A DNA stretch of 64,000 nucleotides. It comes from Sphingobacteriales bacterium. Its GTDB lineage: Bacteria; Bacteroidota; Bacteroidia; Sphingobacteriales; Sphingobacteriaceae. Below the pieces are notes generated by a model. It was not told the DNA's origin, ran no database searches, and was given only the letters and a program-made list of their open reading frames with translations. Where the stretch lies: the NCBI GenBank assembly GCA_014763615.1, contig JACXVB010000005.1, forward strand, positions 20,457-84,456. Reading direction: 5' to 3'. Below are positions 9,725-18,069 of this stretch, one piece after another; within the stretch, counting starts at the first letter, position 1; each line of letters opens with the position of its first letter. The position numbers were made by a program, and so were the translations under genes.

Positions 9725-10447
9725 TTAATTTGATCTTCTTCCTCCGCCGGTGTTATTGTTTGTGTAATTTCTTTGGCGACCTTTATTATTATTACTATTA
9801 TTATTCTGACGGCCGCCTCCGTTACGATTATTCGTTTTTTGCGATCTTCCGCTGTTGTTGCTGTTATTGGTATTGGCTGGTTTTAAATCAACTTTATTTA
9901 AGCTGATATCAGATAAATCTAGCTCTCCTTTAGAAAGCTCTCTTAAATCACCAATAATTTGTTCATCAGCTACATGGTCTTTATTCCAAATTACATAAGC
10001 CATTTTCATGAAATTGGCGATAGAATTAACCATGTGCTGTTTCTTTTCTGGGTCTGTAATTTCTTTCGCTTTTTTAATCATCAGCTCAACCGTATGCCCA
10101 TAATGTTTGAAACGGATACGAGTTTGAGGATAGCTTAAAACCTCGGGCTTAAAGTTAATTTCTTCTTGAGTTGGGGTAGGATAAGGAGAGTCTACATCAA
10201 TTCTGAATTTTGAAATGATTTGTAAATGATCCCATAATTTATGTTTAAAATCGGGTACATCACGTAAATGCGGATTCAAAAATCCCATCATATCAATAAC
10301 TACTTGTGCGTAGCGGTTACGTTCTTCTTTAGTGGGTAAAGCCACGATATATTCTACCATGTTCTGCACATTTCGGCCATATTCAGCCAAAATCAGTTTC
10401 TCTCGTGAGGTGTTGTAATCAAAAGTTGGTTCTGTTATTTCAGTCAT
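9725..10447 (-). CDS. DUF4290 domain protein
   Basis: YNTSREKLILAEYGRNVQNMV and HKLWDHL; N/G/R-rich tail; typical position upstream of murA in Bacteroidota. Confidence 0.8.
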   Translation of the reverse strand: MTEITEPTFDYNTSREKLILAEYGRNVQNMVEYIVALPTKEERNRYAQVVIDMMGFLNPHLRDVPDFKHKLWDHLQIISKFRIDVDSPYPTPTQEEINFKPEVLSYPQTRIRFKHYGHTVELMIKKAKEITDPEKKQHMVNSIANFMKMAYVIWNKDHVADEQIIGDLRELSKGELDLSDISLNKVDLKPANTNNSNNSGRSQKTNNRNGGGRQNNNSNNNKGRQRNYTNNNTGGGRRSN

Positions 10448-10606
10448 TTCTGGAAATTTTAAAGCTTATGAAGCTTAGATAGCCGTTTTTATAACGGATT
10501 TGGGAACATATTTATACCCTGAGCTTTTATGTTATCGAAAATAATTTTGCAATAAGTGCTATAAAGGTAAATGATTTAAATACGATTACAAATTATAATA
10601 TTTAAA

Positions 10607-12907
10607 TCATGATTCCACAATCCTCAACTTCGCAAATTTCAATAGCAATTGCTTCTGACCAATTTCTTTAAAAAGGATAGTAGCCTTGATATCAGGCTTA
10701 TTGCCTTCTAAATGAATCACTTTGCCAAAACCAAAACGTTCATGTTCTACTTCTTGTCCTACTTGTAGTTTAGAAGTATCACTCGGTGCAAAACCTGGAG
10801 AAGGGACATGAGCTTTTGCCAATAAGGAAGTGGTGCTGACTGGTTTCGATGCGGGTTTAGGTTTTGAGTAGAAATCGCCCTGTTTGCTGTTACTGTTTGA
10901 AGTTTTACTTTGCCATTGATTGCGTTCATCACCAAATGAAGAGTCGTTGCTAGTTGCTTTTTTAACAAAATCTAACTCTAAATATTTCGGTTCAATTTCA
11001 TCTAAAAACCGAGAAGGCTCGCAATTGACCAAAGTGCCAAATCTGAAACGAGAGGTGGCGTAGCTGAGGTGTAATTTCTTCTCGGCTCGGGTTACCGCAA
11101 CGTAAAACAATCGACGTTCTTCTTCTAAATCAGCTCTAGAATTGAGTGCCATCTGCGATGGAAAGAGGTTTTCTTCTAAACCTACAATGTACACATGTGG
11201 AAACTCCAAACCTTTGGAGGAGTGGATAGTCATCAATGAAACCGTATCTTTATTTTGATCTTTATCAATGTCATCATTGGTTAACAAAGCCACATCCTGC
11301 ATAAAAATATCCAAGCCTTTTTCTTCGATATCTTCACGCTCAGAAAACTCTTTAATCCCGTTCAGTAATTCCTGAATGTTTTCATATCTCGCTAAACCTT
11401 CCACAGATTTATCATCATATAAATCTTTCAGCAAGCCGGATTGTTGTGCGATGTGTAAAGCCGTTTCGTAAGCATTACTATTTTTAGCTACTACCGCAAA
11501 ACTTTGAATAGCAGTTGCAAAATTCCCAACTGCTGTAGCTGCTCGGCTATCTAAATGTTGATTGGCTTCTGAAATAATTTGGAAAAGCGTTTTATCTTCT
11601 TGATCAGCGGCTAAAATAATTTTATCGATGGTGGTTTTCCCAATTCCACGAGCCGGATAATTAATTACTCTTTTAATGGCTTCTTCGTCGTTCGGATTAA
11701 AAGTGAGGCGGAAATAGGCAATTAAATCTTTGATTTCCTTACGTTGATAGAAGGATAAACCTCCGTAAATTTTGTAAGGAACGTTGAGTTTCCGAAGTGC
11801 CTCTTCCATGGATCTGGATTGCGCATTGGTGCGATACAAAATAGCGAAACTCACCCAGTTGAGATGGTTATTGGCTCTTTCTTCAATGATAGATTCTGCT
11901 ACTAATTTTCCTTCTTCATTGTCTGAATAAGAACGAGTAACTTTTATCTTTTCGCCCGTTTCATTAGCAGAAAAAACGTTTTTATCTAATTGATTTTTAT
12001 TATTGGCGATGATGCTGTTGGCAACATTCACGATATTCTGTGTAGAACGATAGTTTTGTTCTAGCTTAAACACTTTTACATCAGGATAATCTTTTTGAAA
12101 GTTGAGGATGTTTTGAATATTGGCTCCTCTAAACGCATAAATACTTTGTGCATCATCACCCACTACACATAAATTTTCTCTTACAGCGGCTAATTTTTTC
12201 ACGATTAAATACTGAGAGAAATTGGTGTCTTGATACTCATCAACCATCAAATATTTAAACTTTTGTTGGTATTTATTGAGCACATCAGGATGTTCTTTTA
12301 ACAACACATTGGTTTTGAAAAGTAAATCGTCAAAATCCATGGCACCGGCTTTAAAGCAACGATTTGCATAAGTTTCATAAATTTTGCCTAGATAACCTCG
12401 CCCGGTAGAAAAATCATCTGCCTGAATTTGTTCATTTTGTTGATATTCTTGCACAGAAATCAAGTTATTTTTAGCCATTGAAATTCTGCCGTAAACATAG
12501 TTATGATGATAGAGTTTATCATCTAAACTCATCTCTTTAAGGATGGCTTTGATCAAACTTTTACTGTCATCAGTATCATAGATGGTGAAGTTATTAGGAT
12601 AGCCTATTTTATGTGCTTCCACTCTTAATATCTTTGCAAAAACAGAGTGAAAAGTGCCCATCCAAATATTTTTAGCCTCTGCGCCCACCACACTCATGAT
12701 ACGGTTTCGCATTTCTTTGGCTGCCTTATTGGTAAAGGTGAGCACCAAAATATGGAAAGGATCAACCCCTTTCTCCATCAAATGTGCTACCCTGTAAGTG
12801 ATTACTCTGGTTTTTCCAGACCCAGCTCCTGCAACAATCATCACCGGACCCTCTGTTTGTTCAACTGCTAATCTTTGTGATGAATTTAATCCTTGTAAAT
12901 AATCCAA
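10607..12907 (-). CDS. pcrA: UvrD/PcrA/Rep superfamily I DNA helicase (TTG start)
   Basis: AGAGSGKT, VDEYQDTN, LEQNYRS, EERRLFYVAVTRA; C-terminal Tudor-like HERFGFG domain. Confidence 0.95.
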   Translation of the reverse strand: MDYLQGLNSSQRLAVEQTEGPVMIVAGAGSGKTRVITYRVAHLMEKGVDPFHILVLTFTNKAAKEMRNRIMSVVGAEAKNIWMGTFHSVFAKILRVEAHKIGYPNNFTIYDTDDSKSLIKAILKEMSLDDKLYHHNYVYGRISMAKNNLISVQEYQQNEQIQADDFSTGRGYLGKIYETYANRCFKAGAMDFDDLLFKTNVLLKEHPDVLNKYQQKFKYLMVDEYQDTNFSQYLIVKKLAAVRENLCVVGDDAQSIYAFRGANIQNILNFQKDYPDVKVFKLEQNYRSTQNIVNVANSIIANNKNQLDKNVFSANETGEKIKVTRSYSDNEEGKLVAESIIEERANNHLNWVSFAILYRTNAQSRSMEEALRKLNVPYKIYGGLSFYQRKEIKDLIAYFRLTFNPNDEEAIKRVINYPARGIGKTTIDKIILAADQEDKTLFQIISEANQHLDSRAATAVGNFATAIQSFAVVAKNSNAYETALHIAQQSGLLKDLYDDKSVEGLARYENIQELLNGIKEFSEREDIEEKGLDIFMQDVALLTNDDIDKDQNKDTVSLMTIHSSKGLEFPHVYIVGLEENLFPSQMALNSRADLEEERRLFYVAVTRAEKKLHLSYATSRFRFGTLVNCEPSRFLDEIEPKYLELDFVKKATSNDSSFGDERNQWQSKTSNSNSKQGDFYSKPKPASKPVSTTSLLAKAHVPSPGFAPSDTSKLQVGQEVEHERFGFGKVIHLEGNKPDIKATILFKEIGQKQLLLKFAKLRIVES

Positions 12908-12935
12908 ACCTTAATTTTTTATGAGCAGTAAAAGT

Positions 12936-12969
12936 AAAAAAAATGAGGCGGAGATTTGAATTCCGCCTC
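12936..12969 (-). terminator. Intrinsic terminator after the TPR-HisKA gene
   Basis: Perfect 8-bp stem gaggcgga/tccgcctc (12945-12969) followed by T8 on the minus strand. Confidence 0.75.
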
Positions 12970-12987
12970 GTATAAGATTTCCACTTT

Positions 12988-14478
12988 TTATTTTTTATGG
13001 AGATGTAATCTCGTGGGGTCGTGTAGAACTTGGTTGATATCCATAATTTGCTCATCAATATCATCTACACATTTTTTCATCTGCGGAATTACTTCATTAC
13101 TTTCTACTATATTTTGTTGTACCAACATTACTAAACCTTTTAAAGTAGCCACAGGTCCTCGTATTTGGTGAGAAAGATGGGAAGAGTATTCAGAAAGCTT
13201 TTGATTTTTGTAAATCAAATCTTTGGTTCTTTCGGTAATAATATCTTCTAATCGTTGGTTAATTTTATCCACATTGGCTTTTTGCCTCAAAACTTCCTCA
13301 TTTAAGGCAGAAAGCACTCTGTTGCTTTCTTTTGATTTTCTATTGTTTTTAATGAGAATTACAACCAAAATGATAGAAAGTAAAGTAACAATGCTACTGG
13401 CAATAAACAAAGTTTTGGTGTTACGCTGTTTGGCAATGGTCAGCTCGTTTTCTTTTTGAATTTGCTGTTGCTTTAGCGTTTCTTGTATCAAATTGATGTT
13501 TGAGGCGGTGTTTTTCTTATAATTAACACTATCTAAATCATGCACTTCTTTTAAATAATAAAGTGCTTTTTCATAATTTTTTCTTTTAGCTTCGAGTTCA
13601 TAGGATTCAAAAGTATAATCATACAATCTTTTTTCGTCATTGACCAATTTTGCAAAAGCAATACCTTCATTCAAAAATTCTTCTGCTTTTTTGAAATTTT
13701 TGTCAGAAATATAAATGGAAGTTAGGGTTAAATCAATGGAAGCCACACTGCTATTTAACTCGAATTCTTTTGCTTTTTGATTAGCTTGCAGAAGTAATTT
13801 TTTTGCTTCTTGAACCTTGTTCAAACTGAAAAAAATCACCCCTCTATTTTGTAGACTTTGAGTTATACCAATGGGGTTACCAATTTTATTAAAAATTGTA
13901 CTGCTCTTCTGATAATTTTCAAGGGCAACGGAATAATTTTTTTTTCTAAAATATGTGTTACCAATATTTAAATAGGAACCGGCCAACAAATCTTTGATGC
14001 CGTACTTTTCTGCTATTTTTAATGAATTTTTGTAATATGATAAGGCTTTATCATAGTCGATATCAAGCCATAAGTTTCCTATATTATTAGAAACTTTGGC
14101 TTCCCCCAATTTATCACCCAATTTTTTATATAAATTTAAAGAAATGAGATAACGATTTAAGGCTGTATCTCTCTGATTGAGATAATAATAGCCAATACCT
14201 TGAACTCGATTAGATTCTGCCATTCCACTTTTATAATGGATTAATGAAGCGATTTTCTCCGCTTTTTTGGCGGTATTGATGCTCTGTTCAGGATCCGTTA
14301 ATCTATTTTTATAAGCTTGCTCATTTAGTTCATCTACCGTGTTGGTGTCTTTTTTTAAGCCCAATAAGGAGTCATCTTGCTGAAACGCGTAAGAAGCCGC
14401 ATGCAAACCTAAGCAAAGTAAAAGCATTAAATAGTACCTCATGAATGGTGTTTTTGTCTGAAGAGTAAAGATATTCAT
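12988..14478 (-). CDS. Membrane TPR sensor with HisKA-like H-box and no HATPase domain (likely start ATG 14442)
   Basis: Signal peptide MRYYLMLLLCLGLHAASYA; TPR repeats about aa 50-320 (NNIGN, NIGNTY, NRGVIF); TM aa 357-376; coiled coil; SHQIRGP (H437); ends 59 aa later. Confidence 0.85.
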   Translation of the reverse strand: MNIFTLQTKTPFMRYYLMLLLCLGLHAASYAFQQDDSLLGLKKDTNTVDELNEQAYKNRLTDPEQSINTAKKAEKIASLIHYKSGMAESNRVQGIGYYYLNQRDTALNRYLISLNLYKKLGDKLGEAKVSNNIGNLWLDIDYDKALSYYKNSLKIAEKYGIKDLLAGSYLNIGNTYFRKKNYSVALENYQKSSTIFNKIGNPIGITQSLQNRGVIFFSLNKVQEAKKLLLQANQKAKEFELNSSVASIDLTLTSIYISDKNFKKAEEFLNEGIAFAKLVNDEKRLYDYTFESYELEAKRKNYEKALYYLKEVHDLDSVNYKKNTASNINLIQETLKQQQIQKENELTIAKQRNTKTLFIASSIVTLLSIILVVILIKNNRKSKESNRVLSALNEEVLRQKANVDKINQRLEDIITERTKDLIYKNQKLSEYSSHLSHQIRGPVATLKGLVMLVQQNIVESNEVIPQMKKCVDDIDEQIMDINQVLHDPTRLHLHKK

Positions 14479-14727
14479 AAAATCTTAAATAATTCATTCG
14501 TTAAGAAAAATAGAATTATTCTTTATTTAAATGATAAAAATTATTTAATTGTAAGATTACTTTATTTTTTTTAATATAAATATTTCGTTTAAAATAAATT
14601 AGCCCATAATTTAGCCTATATATTAACGTATTGGATACGAAATTTCATTATTAAAAGTTTCGTTTTTTTAAATTTTATTGCACACTTATTCACAAAATTT
14701 TAAAACCATCAAAATAAAAGTAAAGAC

Positions 14728-14865
14728 ATGAAAAAAATCATCATCGCATTATTAGTAGTATCTGCCCTAGGTGTCACTTCTTGCAAAAAAGACAATGGCA
14801 TTACTCCAGCTAAATCAACCGCAGTAAAAGTAAACGATAGAGGAGACTTAGGTACTTGGGATTAA
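14728..14865 (+). CDS. Small lipoprotein/peptide P1, 45 aa (not in ORF track): MKKIIIALLVVSALGVTSCKKDNGITPAKSTAVKVNDRGDLGTWD
   Basis: Translated by hand. MKK plus hydrophobic core, lipobox VTS-C19, CKKD; A-rich leader; paralog immediately downstream. Confidence 0.85.
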   Translation: MKKIIIALLVVSALGVTSCKKDNGITPAKSTAVKVNDRGDLGTWD

Positions 14866-14905
14866 TTAACAAGAGTTTAAAACCATCAAAACAAAAATCA
14901 AGAAT

Positions 14906-15043
14906 ATGAAAAAGATTATTATCGTATTATTAGTGGTATCCGCCCTTGGCGTAGCTTCTTGTAAAAAGGAAAATAGCATAGCTCCAGTTAAATCAACTGC
15001 AGTAAAAGTAAATGATAGAGGAGACTTAGGCACATGGGACTAA
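14906..15043 (+). CDS. Small lipoprotein/peptide P2, 45 aa (not in ORF track): MKKIIIVLLVVSALGVASCKKENSIAPVKSTAVKVNDRGDLGTWD
   Basis: Translated by hand. 39/45 aa identical to P1; lipobox VAS-C19; last 17 aa identical to P1. Confidence 0.85.
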   Translation: MKKIIIVLLVVSALGVASCKKENSIAPVKSTAVKVNDRGDLGTWD

Positions 15044-15075
15044 GGATTTCATTAACAAACATTAAAATCAAGAAC

Positions 15076-15231
15076 ATGAAAAAGTTATTAATCATTGTGT
15101 TTGTAGCTATTACAGCGGTAGCCGCAGCAACAACATTAAAAAAAGCAGACAAGGTAGAGGCAAAACCAACTACGATTCAACAACAGGTGGTAGATGCGCC
15201 AAGAAATGCGCAAGTAGCTACTTGGGATTAA
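15076..15231 (+). CDS. Small exported peptide P3, 51 aa: MKKLLIIVFVAITAVAAATTLKKADKVEAKPTTIQQQVVDAPRNAQVATWD
   Basis: The ORF track extends it to 15034, but ATG 15076 has the same leader and MKK start as P1/P2. Hydrophobic signal without Cys; ends VATWD. Confidence 0.8.
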   Translation: MKKLLIIVFVAITAVAAATTLKKADKVEAKPTTIQQQVVDAPRNAQVATWD

Positions 15232-15343
15232 GCATTTAGATAGCTATAAGCCTATCAATTGGAATCGGATGAAAAGATGCTTTTTGTAATGGCTTTTTAA
15301 AAGCCTAAAGTATAATTTCTATATTTGCGTAAATCCTAATTTT

Positions 15344-16714
15344 ATGCAAGTCATTAAGAATTATGTGGAAGAGCATCGTCAAAGATTTTTAGACGAATTA
15401 TTTGAATTATTGAGATTTCCGTCGGTAAGTGCAGATCCTAAGTATAAGGGAGAGGTATTAAAAACTGCGGATTTTGTTGCCGATAAACTGAAAGCAGCCG
15501 GAGCCGAACACGTTGAAGTTTGTGCTACAGAAGGCTATCCCATTGTTTACGGAGAAAAAATGAAAGACCCTACCTTACCAACGGTGTTGGTATATGGTCA
15601 TTACGATGTGCAACCACCAGATCCGTTGGACTTGTGGCATACACCACCTTTTGAGCCTACTGTAAGAGACGGTAAAATATATGCTCGAGGTGCTTGTGAT
15701 GATAAGGGTCAATTTTACATGCATGTCAAAGCTTTTGAGCTGATGATGCGTACGGAAACACTTCCTTGCAATATCAAATTTATGATAGAAGGAGAGGAGG
15801 AAGTAGGTTCTGATAATTTGGGGAAGTTCGTTTCCCAAAATACAGAGAGATTAAAAGCCGATGTGGTTTTAATCTCTGATACTTCCATGTTGAGCATGGA
15901 AAATCCTTCCTTAGAAACAGGTTTACGAGGTTTGGCATACATGGAAGTGGAAGTTCAGGGACCGAACCGTGATTTACATTCTGGCGTTTATGGTGGTGCG
16001 GTGGCTAATCCGGCTACTATTCTTTGCCAAATGATTGCTTCTTTACACGATGAAAACAATCATATCACTATACCAAGTTTTTACGATGGAGTCATTGAAC
16101 TTTCTGCCGAAGAAAGGAAAGCCTTAAATGATGCTCCATTTGATTTGGAAGAATATAAAAATGACCTTTCTGTAGAAGAGGTTTGGGGAGAGAAAGGTTA
16201 TACCACTATAGAAAGAACTGGAATTCGTCCGACTTTAGAAGTCAACGGAATTTGGGGTGGATATACTGGTCCAGGTGCAAAAACAGTCCTTCCAGCCAAA
16301 GCCAATGCTAAAATTTCTATGAGATTGGTACCAGGTCAAGATTGGAAGAAAATTTCTGATCTTTTCAAAAAGCATATAGAAAGTATTGCACCTAAATCTG
16401 TAAAAGTGAAAGTAACCGCTCATCATGGAGGAACTCCTTATGTAACTCCAACGGATTCTATTGCTTTTCAGGCTGCCTTTAGAGCTATTGAAGAAGCTTT
16501 TGGCAAGCAACCAGTACCTACTAGAGGTGGTGGAAGTATCCCAATAGTTGCTTTGTTTGAGCAAGAGTTAGGCATTAAAACGGTATTAATGGGTTTTGGT
16601 TTAGATAGTGATAATCTACATTCTCCGAACGAGAAATATGATATTTTCAACTATTATAAAGGGATAGAAACCATTCCTTTATTTCATAAATATTTTGCTG
16701 AATTGAGCAAGTAA
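15344..16714 (+). CDS. M20-family dipeptidase (ArgE/DapE/CNDP-like)
   Basis: YGHYDVQP, RGACDDKG, EGEEE, HSPNE; upstream TATATTTG -7 element. Confidence 0.92.
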   Translation: MQVIKNYVEEHRQRFLDELFELLRFPSVSADPKYKGEVLKTADFVADKLKAAGAEHVEVCATEGYPIVYGEKMKDPTLPTVLVYGHYDVQPPDPLDLWHTPPFEPTVRDGKIYARGACDDKGQFYMHVKAFELMMRTETLPCNIKFMIEGEEEVGSDNLGKFVSQNTERLKADVVLISDTSMLSMENPSLETGLRGLAYMEVEVQGPNRDLHSGVYGGAVANPATILCQMIASLHDENNHITIPSFYDGVIELSAEERKALNDAPFDLEEYKNDLSVEEVWGEKGYTTIERTGIRPTLEVNGIWGGYTGPGAKTVLPAKANAKISMRLVPGQDWKKISDLFKKHIESIAPKSVKVKVTAHHGGTPYVTPTDSIAFQAAFRAIEEAFGKQPVPTRGGGSIPIVALFEQELGIKTVLMGFGLDSDNLHSPNEKYDIFNYYKGIETIPLFHKYFAELSK

Positions 16715-16719
16715 AAATC

Positions 16720-16746
16720 AGCCCCGTCAAAAGCGGGGCTTTTTAT
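16720..16746 (+). terminator. Intrinsic terminator after the dipeptidase
   Basis: agccccg/cggggct stem plus T-run. Confidence 0.8.
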
Positions 16747-16845
16747 TTTAAAATGATGATATTTTAAGGACTCCTCACTTTAAAAGAGCGCAGAAGAGGT
16801 TTTCATCCCTGAAGCTCAGCAGTTTTAGTGGCATGGGGAGAATGA

Positions 16846-17976
16846 TCAAATTCTCCAACACTCGCAGTTTTCTAGAAACTCTTCTTTCACATCTGCTCCA
16901 ATGCCTATTTCGTCTTTTAATGTCAACTCAAAACCCTGATAACTCAATCCCCCTTTAATTGGATCTACCAAATGCCCTATTAAGCAGGTATCCATATCAT
17001 AAAATTTAAGCTGAGAGCAAGCCAAAGCAAAATGCAAATTGGCTGTTAAAGCTAAACGACTTTCTAACATTCCGCCCAACATACAACTGATATTGTGCAT
17101 TCTAGCTTCATGATAAATCTTTAAAGCTTCATGAATTCCACCAGATTTAGCAAATTTGATATTGATATAATCACAAGAATTAGTTTTAATGAGTTTTCTT
17201 GCATCATGATGGTTAAAGCAACTTTCATCAGCCATAATTTTGATGGGAGAAAGCTTCTTTAATTCGGGCAGTAAATCATCATACCAAGTGCGCATAGGCT
17301 GTTCGCAAAATTCGATGTCATATTTTTTTAATTCATGCAAAGCCAAAACCGCTTCTTCAAAAGTCCAGCCTTGGTTGGCATCTAATCTCAGTTTCATGGC
17401 ATCTCCAACGGCGGCTCTAATTTTCTTTACCCTTTCTATGTCGTCATCAACTTTTTTACCCAACTTAATTTTGATGATGCTGCATCCTTGGTTTTTAAAG
17501 TTAGAGGCTTGTGCAGCCATATTTTTAGGGGTATCAATCCCTACCGTAATATCAGTTTCTATTTTTCGCTTTTCTCCACCCAAAAACTGATAAAGCGGTT
17601 GTTGTGCGTTTTTGGCTGCTATATCGTACAAAGCCATATCAAAAGCAGATTTGCAAGTGGCATTAAAAGCAGTGTAAGCACTTAATTCGGCCATACGTTC
17701 TTCTAAAGCAAGCGGATCTTTCCCTTTCCATATTTTGGCAAAATCTTGAGCCATTTTTAGCATGGTTTCTTGAGTTTCTCCTACAATCATTGGGAAAGCA
17801 GAGCCTTCACCAACGCCATAAAAGCCAGCATCAGTATGTATCCTGATGAACATATTTTGGGCAAAATCCATTGTTCCGGTAGCGATGGTGAATGGTTTCA
17901 TTGGGATGCTAAAGCGGTAGATTTCTGTATGTGTAATGATCATTTTTAAATTTATGAATAATGCTTTATGATTCAA
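16846..17976 (-). CDS. Enolase-superfamily dipeptide epimerase (L-Ala-D/L-Glu epimerase-like)
   Basis: KIKLG, LDANQG, EQP, ADES and NIKFAK catalytic/metal residues. Confidence 0.88.
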   Translation of the reverse strand: MNHKALFINLKMIITHTEIYRFSIPMKPFTIATGTMDFAQNMFIRIHTDAGFYGVGEGSAFPMIVGETQETMLKMAQDFAKIWKGKDPLALEERMAELSAYTAFNATCKSAFDMALYDIAAKNAQQPLYQFLGGEKRKIETDITVGIDTPKNMAAQASNFKNQGCSIIKIKLGKKVDDDIERVKKIRAAVGDAMKLRLDANQGWTFEEAVLALHELKKYDIEFCEQPMRTWYDDLLPELKKLSPIKIMADESCFNHHDARKLIKTNSCDYINIKFAKSGGIHEALKIYHEARMHNISCMLGGMLESRLALTANLHFALACSQLKFYDMDTCLIGHLVDPIKGGLSYQGFELTLKDEIGIGADVKEEFLENCECWRI

Positions 17977-18069
17977 ATTTTATTGCGTTAACGATAGCAG
18001 CGCCAGCCTGCCGGACTGGCAGGGATACCGGCTAGGTGATTAAGGCCTGAGGGCGTATGAACGGACAGC

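Larger units (their letters stand above)
14699..15054 (+). repeat. Tandem direct duplication, about 177-178 bp unit, each unit carrying one peptide gene with its leader
   Basis: tttaaaaccatcaaaa at 14699 and 14876; ATGs at 14728 and 14906; a third leader aaaatcaagaacatg matches the second (aaaatcaagaatatg). Confidence 0.9.

Noticed and set aside
9725-9880. Asn/Gly/Arg low-complexity repeat in DUF4290
   Set aside because: Disordered tail typical of the family, not a DNA repeat element.
15034-15075. N-terminal extension of the 65-aa ORF in the track
   Set aside because: It overlaps the end of P2. ATG 15076 matches the leader and MKK pattern of the paralogs.
14699-15231. CRISPR array or RiPP precursor cluster
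   Set aside because: The units are ~178-bp coding duplications, not short repeats with spacers. There are no cas or modifying-enzyme genes, and the N-termini are Sec/lipoprotein signals rather than RiPP leaders.
15344-16714. Dipeptidase as a processing enzyme for the TWD peptides
   Set aside because: It has its own TATATTTG promoter element, no signal peptide (cytoplasmic) and is a common housekeeping enzyme. Adjacency alone is weak evidence.
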